Shown piece after piece: positions 1 to 10,986 of a DNA stretch of 20,000 nucleotides (its first letter is position 1; each line of letters opens with the position of its first letter). This DNA comes from Elsinoe ampelina (Eukaryota): positions 861,663 through 881,662 of the forward strand of contig ML992513.1 in NCBI GenBank assembly GCA_010093995.1, read 5' to 3'. The position numbers were made by a program, and so were the translations under genes. The notes under the pieces were generated by a model. The model saw only the letters and a list, made by a program, of their open reading frames with translations. It was not told the origin of the DNA and did not search any database.

Positions 1-2
1 GA

Positions 3-2785
3 CCGAACCCGTCTGGACTAGCCGTGCCTGGCGGTTGGGAAGATGGTGGTCTTCTCAGTGGCCACTGGGCAGGTCACTACATGTCGGCTTTGTCCCAAGC
101 CTATGCCGACCAGGGTGAAGAGGTGTACAAGACCAAGCTTGACTGGATGATTACCGAATTGGCTGCTTGTCAGGAAGCGATCACTGCCAGACTCGACGCT
201 GCCACAGTCACCAAAAGACAAGCTCAACCCCTTCCAATACCAAGAGTCGAGGGAAAGTTCGGCAGCGCTCTTCAACCCAACGGTAACAGCGAGGCCCAAT
301 ACGTAACCCTTCCGCAAGAGAACATCAACCAGCTTCAAGACTTCACTATTGCTACATGGATCAATCTGGCCTCGACGCAAAATTGGGGTCGTCTTTTCGA
401 CTTTGGCCAGAGCACGAGCATCAACATGTTCCTCGCTCCTCGATCTGGCGCTGTCAATCAAGTACCTCGTTTCGCCATCACGACTGGAGGAGCTGGTCAG
501 GAGCAGCAGATCAACGGCAATCAAGCGCTGCCCATCAACGAGTGGGTGCATGTGGCCGTAACTCTTGCAGGCAACACTGGTACGTTATACGTCAATGGTG
601 AAGAGGCAGGTAGCAACACAGCCATGACACTTGATCCCACCAACCTTGGCAGCGCTGGATTGGACGATCTCAATACGGAGATGCTTTTCTCAATGCTACT
701 ATCGACGAGTTTCAAATGTTCAACAGGGCACTCACTGCGGCAGAAGTCCAGTCCATGCAAATCTCACCGAGTGGGACTACCGAAGGCGGTAACATTGCCT
801 GGTACAAGTGCGATGAAGAAGATGGCACCACCCTGTCCGATGCGTCTCCGAATAGTAGAGATGCTGGTATCGTTGCCGCCACAGAAGGTGATGCCTCTCT
901 CTGGACCCCTACCTATCCTGGCTACCTCGCCGCATTACCAGAGGATACTGTTCTACGACTCGGTCCTCCTCGTTGGGCTGTCTATGGAGGTGACAAGGAT
1001 ACCAATACTTGGGCACCTTGGTACACCCAACACAAGATTATGCGAGGTCTGCTAGATGCGTACTACAACACCGACAACAAGCAAGCACTCGATGTCGTCA
1101 CCAAGATGGCGGACTGGGCCTATCTTGCGCTCACACGGGGCGACAAAAATCACCCGGACTATAAGGGTAATCTTACTCGGGACGATCTCAACTACATGTG
1201 GGACTTGTACATTGCCGGTGAGTTTGGTGGAGTGAACGGAGTTTTCCCGGAAATCTACGACTTGACTGGGGATGCTGAACATCTGGATACAGCGAAAGCT
1301 TTTGACAATCGAGAGTCGTTGTTCGGCGCAGCAGTGCAGGATGACGATATCCTGGTAGTCACTCCAGACAAGATCCCAGGTCGGCGCCGACAAGCAAGAC
1401 TTCACGCTAACACCCATGTCCCTCAATTCATCGGCTACTTGAGAGTGTTTGAGTATAGCGGGGAGCAAGACTACTTTGACGCTGCGAGAAACTTTTACCA
1501 CTGGGTCGTGCCTCACCGAGAATTTGCCAGCGGAGGTGTGGGTGGGAGTTATCCTGGATCCAACACCAATGCCGAACTGTTCCAGAATCGTGACAACATT
1601 GCCAACGCCATTGCAAAAGATGGAGCCGAAACATGTACGACCTACAACATGCTCAAATTGGCTCGCAACCTGTTCCTACATGAGCACAATGCAACATATA
1701 TGGATAACTACGAACGTGGTCTGTTCAACATGATCCCTGGATCTCGTGCCGACACAAGTAACACCGCGAATCCCCAACTCACCTACTTTCAACCCTTGAC
1801 ACCAGGGAGCAATCGCAATTACGGCAACACTGGCACTTGCTGCGGAGGCTCGGGTCTTGAGAGTCATACCAAGTACCAGGAGACAGTATACTTCCGCACT
1901 GCTGACAATTCCGCTCTGTGGATTAACCTGTTTGTCCCAACTGTATTGACATGGACCGAGAAGGGCTTCACCGTGAGCCAGGAGACAGAGTTTCCTCGTG
2001 GAGATACTGTCAAAGTAACCATGGACGGCAATGGTCAACTAGATGTCAACCTTTGAGTGCCTGCTTGGATCCGGGAAGGCTTCTCAGTCAGCATCAATGG
2101 TCAAGTCCAGAATGTGCAGGCACAACCTGGCACCTATCTCACGTTAAGCCGAGCGTGGGCCACAGGAGATGTTATCAATATCTAGATGCCTATGACACTC
2201 CGCATTAAACGGACTTTGGATCGTCCAGATACACAAGCACTGATGCTGGGTCCAATTCTGCTTCAGATTGTAGGATCCCCACCTGGAGGGACTAGTAACT
2301 ACCATAGTGTATCACTTTATTAACACTTCAAGCTCGATGGCTCATACGAATCTGCTTTCACGAGGACGATTAATCCTAATAGCGATCTAACCTTCTCTCT
2401 TCTTAGAACAAATCTAACTATGCAACTATACTATATTAGCGACACTTAACCTATATCGTTCTACTTCCGTCGCCTCGAGCCTAATATAGTCTTTAGGGAT
2501 AATAATACTAGTGTATAGAATTGCAAGCGTAACGACTGCTTACCTAGCTATAATATGCCTATTAGAGGTATCGTTAGCCCCGGCTTAGATAGTTCTACCT
2601 TCTTAGATATACTTTAGAATAAAGCTCCTTTTAAGGACAAGGATAAGTTTATAAGTACTATTATAGCTTAAACTAGGGAATTTATTACTATAAGAGTATA
2701 TAATTAAGTAGAAGGTAATACTCTAATTAAAGTAGCAAGTATATAGTTATAAGATAGATCTAATCTAGAAGAGAATTTAGGTTAA
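3..2785 (+). pseudogene. Beta-L-arabinofuranosidase-like glycoside hydrolase (GH146/GH127, DUF1680 type) with inserted LamG domain; 5' end upstream of window; disrupted
   Basis: Motifs GGWE, GHWAGHYMSAL, WAPWYTQHKI, GEFGG, LHANTHVPQ, AETCTTYNMLKL and GTCCGGSG (Glu/Cys/Cys-Cys zinc-thiol site typical of GH127/GH146). Frame switches at 654-655 (NLGS|WIGRSQY). The frame continues past TGA 2054 (L*VPAW, expected LRVPAW) and stops at 2183, 2321, 2447, 2516, 2615 through YFRRLEPNIVF and TFLDIL*NKAPF. No introns seen. The 3' end is approximate. Confidence 0.9.
243..875 (+). other. LamG/concanavalin A-like lectin module inserted in the GH catalytic domain
   Basis: GKFGSAL, DFTIATWIN, WGRLFDFG, RFAIT, WVHVAVT, TLYVNG, WIGRSQY, IDEFQMFNRALTAAEV. 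It lies between ELAACQ and YPGYLAA, which are close together in GH146/127 enzymes lacking the insert. Confidence 0.85.
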
Positions 2786-3474
2786 TTAGAGAAGTATAAA
2801 TATATTACTATTAGTCTCTACTCGTTCTAGAAAGGAGCTAAGAAGAAGAAGTAGAATAAGTAGAGTTAATCTTAGATTTAAGTATAGTAACTTACTATCT
2901 AGCTTTCTCTAAGTAGTATAGTTAGGTAATTCCTAGATATAAATACTCTCCTACGAGACTTATTATTATACTTACCTCGTTTCTAACTTACTTATATACT
3001 AACTTTAGCCTAAAGAGACTTCTTATCTATAGTTAATAAGGAATTTTGTTCTTCTACTAGATTATTATCTAGTAACATAGATATACTATCTATTTATAGC
3101 CTTTATAGTAGTAGTAGAATAAATAGTAAGTAGGCATATAGTAGTTATTAAGGCTCTAGTTATAAGCCTAGTTATTATATATATACTACTACCTCTCTAT
3201 AATTACTATTATTAACATATATAGAATTAAAAAGCGTACTATTAACGCTCTATCTTATATACTCTCGAAATATGTATAATTAGTAATAAGACCTATTTAC
3301 TTAAGAGTGTTATTTATAAGTAGTATCTATAGTAACTCTCTAGGAGAGAGTTAATAAGAGTATCTATAGAGAGTATAGATATTAAAATTATAAGAACTAG
3401 TATAGAGATAGATATATTTAACTAGTCTATAGCTAACTTATTTACTAAATTTATATACCTTAGTATAAACTTAT

Positions 3475-3936
3475 TATTACGAACTAGTAGAATAGCTAAA
3501 GTATAGAGACGTTAGGACTAATTAAACTACTAAGGTTATTACGTAACCTAGTCTAATATTTACTTAATTCTTTATCTTCTCTAGTAGCTCTACTCTAGAG
3601 ACTATAGAGCATATAGGTTACTAGTAGATATATACTCTATATTACTCCTAACTCTCGCTATAAAGTATATAAAGTATATAGAGTATATAGTAAAGAATAT
3701 ATATATATAGAAATAGTTCTTACCTTATATAAGTACTATAGTTAATCTTGTCTAGATAGTAAACACTAGTATTGCTAAGGCTAGCCTTTATAATACTATC
3801 TAATTATACTTTATTATCTATAAGATATACCTTCTCTAACTCTTACCTTAGTACTATACTACTATAGAAGTAGAACTACCTTGTTTTTAGCTTAGCTTAG
3901 ACTACTAGTGTAGGCTATATTAGATAGTTTATAATA
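3475..3936 (+). mobile_element. 5' LTR of a Ty3/Gypsy retrotransposon (RIP-degraded)
   Basis: Starts tattacgaacta and ends tagtttataata. These are 12-bp inverted termini (10/12, both mismatches RIP-type) restoring to TGTTACGAAC...GTTCGTAACA. TATA-like tatataag at 3726. Gag frame begins ~30 bp downstream. Confidence 0.7.
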
Positions 3937-3968
3937 TTTTAACTACTCTTACTATAGTATAGCACGCT

Positions 3969-4712
3969 ATAAGGTTAATAAGTAACTCTTACTCTAAGTT
4001 ACTATTAGTATCTTTAATTGCTAGTAAGCTAGAAAAGCTTACTATTAATAATATATCTACTACTAGTTTAACCTCGGGCGAATATAGAAAGTCTCTTAGT
4101 ATAGAGAAAGAATAAAGTAGACCTAAGTTAGAAGTAGAACTCTTTTATAAGAACTATATCTACTTAAGGCACTTTCTTATTTAACTTAAAGCCTTCTTTA
4201 CTCTAGAGAGAGATAAGTACGCTAATAACGTAGTAAAGGTTCTCTATACTAAGATACACCTTAAAGGCGCTATCTTTAGGTAGTTTAAGCCTTATATAAG
4301 TAGCTACCTAGATAGATAACTAAGCCTAGATATAAAGGCTATCTTTAAGAGCTTTAATATCTTTTAGGTAAAGATTAAGTAAGTCTTTAATATATCTAAT
4401 AAGAAGTACATTACTATAATAAAGATCTAATAACTATAATAATATAGGTCTATAGCCTAGTACTATTCCTAGTTCTAATAACTTATAATATACCTAGACT
4501 AGAATAATAGTACTAAACACTCTATATTCTATTAAGAGCTAAGTAACTTAGTTAAAGATTAAATAATACCCGAGCTACTAGATAGCCTTTAGGAACTAAT
4601 AGACACTATAATTGCTATTAATAACTAACTCTATAAATAACATATAAAACGTTATAGAGGATATAAGGTAAATATTAAATATATATATTTCTCCCGGAGT
4701 TATAGAGACTCT
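3969..4712 (+). mobile_element. gag: Ty3/Gypsy gag relic (Retrotrans_gag-like), truncated
   Basis: Read-through of one frame gives HLKGAIFR*F, KI**L**YRSIA*YYS*F**L, LD*NN, FY*ELSNLVKD, IAINN*LYK*. These restore to LKGAAFxWF, LRQxGS, LDWDD, FYQGL..VKD, AIDNRLYE. The frame breaks at SYRDS (YGDP-like), and no pol follows. Confidence 0.88.
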
Positions 4713-4725
4713 AACTAGAATACTA

Positions 4726-4830
4726 AATTAGACCTAGGCTAGGTCTAATTAGAGTAAGAAAAATTTGTATATAGGGAAATAACTCTAAGGGGGTAGAGTT
4801 TAGTTTTTTTTAAGACCTAGGGTCTAATTA
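4726..4830. repeat. Cluster of inverted repeats / putative element-end motif A
   Basis: Perfect 12-bp IR aattagacctag-g-ctaggtctaatt (4726-4750); IR aactcta-aggggg-tagagtt (4781-4800); box agacctagggtct (4813-4825). Confidence 0.75.
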
Positions 4831-5203
4831 TGTTTCTAAATGATTTCTAACTCAAAATTGGTACTAGTTTAAAGAACATCTAAATCGAGTCCTAGTTATT
4901 AATATAAAAAGTCTAGAATTAACAAAACATAAGCAGTTATAATAGCTTAAAAACTATATTAAGTTAGGAATATTTAGAATAAAGTTCCTATAATTTATAG
5001 AGAAAGGACTACTACTATATATAATAGACACTTTATAGAGATAGACTAGTAGAAATAGAGCGCTCTAGGCTTAGCAAAGCTGCTCTAAACTGTTTATTCA
5101 ACTTTGTAAATGTGAATACTATTACTATACTATAGTTATAAACTATTATTTAGAGATTAAATTATCTACTCTTTATTCTAAAACTTTGTACTCTAATCTC
5201 TCT

Positions 5204-6634
5204 ATAGCTTAAAGCTATAAAGGACAACTAAAATAGTATAGAAACAAGTCTTAAAGACATAAGAAGGACCTTTATACGTTCTATCCTATTAAGACCTAGG
5301 CTACTAGCTAATAAGAATAGCTAAAAACACTAGAGTATATTAATAGCCTTAACTTCGAACAGGTTAAGGTATAGCTTTAAGAGGTTCCTTCTAATAGTAC
5401 TAGTCTATAGGAGATTCTAGAAAGAGATACTAGGGGTTAGACAAAGGCTTAGGTTATTAGGGATGTTATATCTAGGCTAACTAATGCTACTCTAACCTCG
5501 AGTAAAGATATAGTACTTATATAGAAGTATATGACATACTATTAGGTATAGAAGACAGAGAAGAAGAAAGTATAGAGAAGTATAAATAGTCTACTTCGAG
5601 CTCTCCTATAAGAGCAATTAAGTAGGCTTTTACTTATGCTTAGAGCATCTACGTAGAGGGATAGGAGGCGTTTTAGAAATGTCATTACGGAGGGTTAGGG
5701 CCTAGATTAGCTATAGAAAATTCCGAGGGAGTTACTACCTCCTAAGAAATAAGGTAGGTAAGTAAAAAAGATAGAGGATCTAAGTAAGCCTATCCTTAAG
5801 GCGCTTACTAGAAATATAAAGGTAGATCTATCTCTAGATAAGGCTACTCTTAAATAGAGAGAGGCTATTATAAAGAGGATAGATTCTCGGATTAGAAAGG
5901 CTACTAGGACAAGAGTAAGCAAGTAAGACTAGGTTACTACTAGTAACATCTATTAAGCTTTAAAGCTAGTAAGAGAGTTTTTAACCTAGGAAGCTTTATA
6001 ACTAACCTAAGGCAGGTTTACCGTAGACATTCCTAAAGATTAGATTATGTTTAGGGCAGAAGAGGATAGTTAAGAGGCAGTCCTAAGCTAGCTAGGGAAG
6101 GGGGGAAGGAAGAGAAAGAACAAGGGGAAAGAGTAAGGAGAGAAGTAGGTAAGAGAGAAAAGAAAGAGAGAGAAGGCTACTAGCTCTAAGATTCGAAGCT
6201 ATCCTAATCTCTAACCTTTATTAGATAACATTAGGAGAATAGATAGTAATAATAAATTGTTAGACTCTAATCCTATTAAGAGAAAGAGTAGAAGGATAGT
6301 AGTATAAGATAAAGAGAAGTATAGTTATAAAGAGACAGGGAAGGCTACTATCTAACAGCTTATTTCTTATCTTTATAATGTAGTATAGACAGCTTCCGGA
6401 GAGGATATTTATATTAACTATAGACATTATATATAGGATATAGGGTATAACCTTACTAAAGCTATTATAGAAAGTAGAGAAGAGGTAGCAGAGATAGAGG
6501 GAGATAGGGTAGAGAGGTCTACTATTCTTATAGAGGAAGTAGAGGAGGATATAGGGGAAAATAGAGAGGAGAAAGTAAAAGAGAATATAGAGAAGAATAT
6601 AGAGGAGAAGAGTTTAATGTCTAATAAAGAATAA
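5204..6634 (+). pseudogene. RIP-inactivated ~476-codon ORF of unknown function
   Basis: Single frame from ATA (ex-ATG) 5204 to TAA 6632 with only TAA/TAG interruptions. Restored segments include WGPDWLQKIPRELLPP, a basic KRK-rich tract, possible Cys pairs and an acidic C-terminal tail. Confidence 0.7.
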
Positions 6635-6777
6635 AAATTATAGAGGAAAAGCTTTATGTTATATAAAGCTACATTAATTTACTTAATCTATCTATTAAGC
6701 TATTAGCTACCTTATTATACTAGAAAACAAAAGAAAGAACTCTTACTATCTACTATACCTCCTTACCTCTCCTAATG

Positions 6778-7401
6778 TTACTTATGTTCTAGCCTTTAAA
6801 AGGCAGACTTAATCCTAACTCCTCTCTAACTAGTAAGCTAAAGGAGAATAATAATAATCTACTTAATAAGGGAGTCCTAGCTACTAGAAATAGTTATATA
6901 CTTCTAGTGCATGTTCTAGATAGACTAGCTATCTTCTATAGGAGGACAGGTGTTATAAACATCCTTAAGCCTAAGGAAATAGTTAGTAAGGGAGGGAGAG
7001 AGTAGAAAAGAGTAGGAGGCTACTTACTTAGTCTAGATTTGCTTAAGGATCTTTATAAACTTGTTAAGGTTATTAATAAGAGAGCTATAGTACTACATAC
7101 CCTTATTAAGACTATCCTAGCTAGTGTTAATAGCAGAGAAAGGACAGCTAGGGTTAATAAAGAGAGAGTTATAAAGGGTATTAAGCTAGTTAATTTAGTT
7201 ATAGAGGATAGTCCTTATACCCTAGAGATGCTAGACTATATCCTAGATAAGACTCTTAATAAGCTAGACTAGGTTAGTAAGCTTAGCTATCTAGTTATTA
7301 GTGCACTAGGTTAGTAGAGGGTTAATCTTAATAGGTATAGTAATCTTATTACCCTTAGGCTAAACAAGACAGAGGAGAGGAGTAGTAGTAGATATAACTA
7401 T
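6778..7401 (-). pseudogene. RIP-inactivated spliced gene, small helical hypothetical protein
   Basis: Minus-strand frame with only TAA/TAG stops. Canonical 57-nt intron 7027-6971 (GTAAGT...pyrimidine tract...CTAAC...TAG) joins the exons in frame. Confidence 0.6.
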
Positions 7402-7437
7402 TAGAATGCTTATAGTAGTATAATGTAATATAAGTTA

Positions 7438-7575
7438 TAGTATAATATAAGGTCTAATAGTAGTATAATATAAGGTCTAATAGTAGTATAATATAAAGTC
7501 TAATAGTAGTATAATATAAGGTCTAATAGTAGTATAATATAAGGTCTAATAGTAGTATAATATAAGGTCTAATAG
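7438..7575. repeat. Minisatellite, 23-bp unit x6
   Basis: tagtataatataaggtctaatag repeated six times with one substitution. Confidence 0.95.
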
Positions 7576-7716
7576 TAGTGTAAGTTATAGTAGAGTAGAA
7601 TAAAAGAAGAGAAGTAGAAGAGTAGAGGAAAGAGATATATATATTACAAGAGATTAGGTAGCTAATATAAAGATTCTATTGTTAAGTAACTATATAAGTA
7701 TATAGTATATAAAAAG

Positions 7717-7900
7717 TAGTAAGTATATAGGATATAAAGACTAGTAAGTATACGAGATGTAAAAAGTAGTAAGCATATAAGATATAAAACTTAATAAGTA
7801 TATAAGATGTAAAAACTAATAAGTATATAAGATGTAAAAAGTAGTAAGTATATAAGATATAAATACTAGTAAGCATATAAGATATAAAGACTAGTAAGCA
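7717..7900. repeat. Minisatellite, 25-bp unit x7 plus partial
   Basis: Units such as tagtaagtatataagatataaagac start at 7717, 7742, 7767, 7792, 7817, 7842, 7867, 7892. Confidence 0.9.
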
Positions 7901-7904
7901 TTTA

Positions 7905-8110
7905 GATTGAAGCTAGCTATAGTGTTAGAGCTAGCTAGGGTGTTAGGGCTATCTATAATAATATTAAAGCTATCTATAGTGTTAGAGCTAGCTAGGGTAT
8001 TAGAGCTATCTATAATAATATTAAAGCTATCTATAGTGTTAAAGCTATCTATAGTGTTAAAACTGGCTATAATACTAAAGCTAGCTATTATACTAAAGCT
8101 GTCTATAATA
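7905..8110. repeat. Minisatellite of 18/21-bp units with 57-bp higher-order period
   Basis: taaagctatctatagtgt / tagagctagctagggtgt / tagRgctatctataataatat variants in tandem. Confidence 0.85.
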
Positions 8111-8339
8111 AGGACTAAAAAAATCACCTTAAATTTATTAACTCGAGCTAGGATTAAACTACTACTATAAGATTAAGAGAGAGAATTACAAAATAGATTC
8201 TACTACTAGGCTAAAAAGACATAGTGTTTAATAGTAGTATAGTATTACTATCATTAAACACTATATATAATAGAAGGACATAAATTATAATATATATAGT
8301 AAACAAAGAATAGGCCTAGCTACTAGGCTAATTATTACC

Positions 8340-9110
8340 TTTGCTTTACCTACGTCGATTGTTTCTCCTATTGTTTCGCTTAAACACAAAAAAAACTAGA
8401 AGAGTAATATCCCTACTATTAGCTACGTTAATAGCTGCCTATTAAACCTATTATTAAAGTTCGGTGACTTAGTTATTTAATGTAACCTAGTAATTAGAAA
8501 CTCGAGCATCGAACTCCTAGGGTAATACTAAGGCTAGAAAGCGTATGTCTATTACGACTACTATACTAGGGAACGAATTTATAGAGCCTAGGTTAGAGAC
8601 GTTAGTAGCTACAGGGTCGAGAGCAGTTTAGGAGTTAGTAGTGCCGGGGCTAGAGAAGGTAGAAGGCCTCCCGGAAAGGTTAAAATCGACCGGGGAAAAG
8701 GGTACTATCCTAGAGCTAGGCCTATTCCGAGTTTAAATAGGCGCCTAGCTAGGTTATACCGTAGAGGCAGGGGCAACTTAAGGGGTAGAGGCAGCTTAAG
8801 GTTAGCTAGCATAGGTACAGCTATTATAGTAGTTAGATAGGAGACAGTTTATATACTCTCTATTAAAAAGTCTAGGGAAAGTAATAATATACTAATCTAT
8901 ATAGCCGTTGTCGCGACTATAGTAGTCGCAAGGGACAGTATTAACTCTTCTACTAATAGCGGTATATGTCTATAATGCTAGGATATAATTACGATTTAAG
9001 AGAGTTATAGTAATAGTGCTACCTAAAGAAGTTCTTAATGTTAGTAGATAACTATACTAATTATTAAGAGCGCTATTTATAGATAACAAGTTCTGTCCGG
9101 AAAAGGGCGC
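8340..9110 (-). pseudogene. RIP-inactivated DUF3716-like Cys-rich protein; an upstream exon may extend to ~9390
   Basis: 8996-8817 reads NRNYILAL*...VPCDYYSRDNGYID*YII...FNREYINCLLSNYYNSCTY, restoring to PCxxC..G...C...NGxCxNC......C, the DUF3716 pattern. A Pro/Ser/Gln-rich tail follows. Probable intron ~9184-9111. Confidence 0.6.
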
Positions 9111-10199
9111 CTATAATTAGTTACTTCCTCCGTAGGTGTAGATAAAGGTAAAGATATTAATAAGAGATTATATGTTTATATTACTTATATAAAGAGTAGT
9201 ACAAACTATGTCTATTATTAGTGTTACTATAACATCTCCCGGTTAGAAACACTTACTACTACTATTAATAAGATAGATAAGATAGTTAAGTATAGTCTAG
9301 GTCTATTAGGTTATTAGGTTACTAGGAGAGTTCTAAACTTAGGTATTGCCCCTTCTAAAGATAGCTACTAGCGTTGTTATTAGTATTAATATAATAAGAT
9401 TAACAATTAAAACAAAGGTAAGTATAAGTAGTAGGAGCGTACGTAAGTAAAAGAAAGAGAGAGAAATAGAGAGTAAGGACATAAGAGATAAATTACTTGC
9501 TCTTTATTTATGTTTTAGGCAATACTATAGACTTACTAGGTAAGTAAATAAAGAAAAGCACTACAGTAGTCGGATATAGTATATATATGTATAAAGGACT
9601 TAATATTCCTACTGCTATAGATAGTTACATAAAGGGTAGAAAGATAAGTTAAGAAGTATATTATACCTAGTAGTAAAAGAAGAAATTGTACTTCTCTTAG
9701 GGAAACTCTTATTTTTTTTTAATTGTCGTTTATGTCTAATGTATCCTATAGGATATAACAAAAATAATGTTAATAAATAGCCTTTTTACTATAGAATTAG
9801 AGATAGAAGAAAAATATTTCTATTCTTAAGCTATTTAGTTAAGAGGTCGAAATTTCTGCTAAGAGTAGCCTAATTTTAAAGATTCTTTATAGTCTTACTA
9901 GTATCCTTTCTAAATACTATATTCCAAATATAGTTTAAGGCTCGTTATATAGTCTCTCTACTCTATAATTATGTTTCTAAAGCAGGCTATAACTAAATCT
10001 TTAGCTTTTTGTTATATACTTACTCTATTATAGGTAGACTTTACCTTAGAGTAGTAATAGCTCTTTCTTATCTATCTTCTATTAGGATTAGTATATCTAT
10101 CTTTCCTTAGGATTAGTATCTACTGTATTTTTCCTTAGCCTCTTCTACCTTTATTAGCTTCTTACCTATATACGCTATCTAATTTGTAAATATCCTCTC

Positions 10200-10986
10200 T
10201 CTCCCCCTAGGGAACAAGTGTCCTCTACCTAGCTACGCTATAATTTACTCTCTAATTATAAGTGTTAGCTACATCGGGTAAGCTTTAGGTATCTTAACAT
10301 ATAATAAGGATCTTAGTAATGTTAAGTAGAGTATAAAAGGTCTATATAAGGCACTATTATTATTCTTAAAAGCTGCCGCTAGTAACGTAGGTAAGATTAG
10401 AGCTTAGTCCTAACTTCTAGGCAGTATTAAAGGCAAGTAATACTCCCCGTAACTAACTACGATAGATGTTCCCGGGAGTAGGTATAGTATTAGGATCTAA
10501 AGCTATCTCGGCGTTAAGGATAGAATAGATAGCGTAACTATTAGTTTTCTAGAAGACGAGAAGGACAGTATACTAGGCGTTATTAGCGCGTGTAACTATA
10601 CTACCTAGACGTATATAGACAATAGCTATTACTAGCAGAAGAGATCTAGCTCTAACAGTTTAATTCTAGGCGTTACTAGTAGTAGAAAAGGTATAACTAT
10701 CTACAAAGACCGAGTTAATAGAAGTAGAGACCCTAGTGTTCTTACTATACTCGCGAGCCTTTATAGTAGCGTCCTTAGAACAAATTAGCTTAGTGACAAG
10801 AAAATCGCTCTAGCCCTAAATAGCAAGGCTAGTAGTATTAAGTATATCTTAAATTATATATAGGATGTTATAAATATCTTAGTTTATGTTGTTAGCGTTA
10901 GTAGTAAGGCTATCTACTATAGTAGTATAGATAGATTAGAGGGCCTATCGGGCTTATACCTTAGCTGCTTAGTAGGTTATAGCTAT
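10200..10986 (-). pseudogene. RIP-inactivated ORF of ~260+ codons, unknown function
   Basis: Continuous minus frame from ATA 10986 with only TAA/TAG stops. Preceded by a CT-rich 5' tract (11080-11230 on the minus strand). The 3' end is uncertain. Confidence 0.6.

Noticed and set aside
24..1055. 343-aa ORF and 446-aa ORF (716-2056) as two separate genes
   Set aside because: They are frameshifted halves of one gene; the first ORF is off-frame after ~655.
18..2208. Short alternative-frame and antisense ORFs overlapping the hydrolase
   Set aside because: Shadow ORFs of a coding region with no recognisable motifs.
2800..3474. Possible coding relic upstream of the LTR
   Set aside because: No recognisable motif on inspection; probably RIPped intergenic DNA.
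5707..7272. ORF-track entries 5707-5922 (-) and 7039-7272 (+)
   Set aside because: Antisense shadows of the RIPped genes on the opposite strands.
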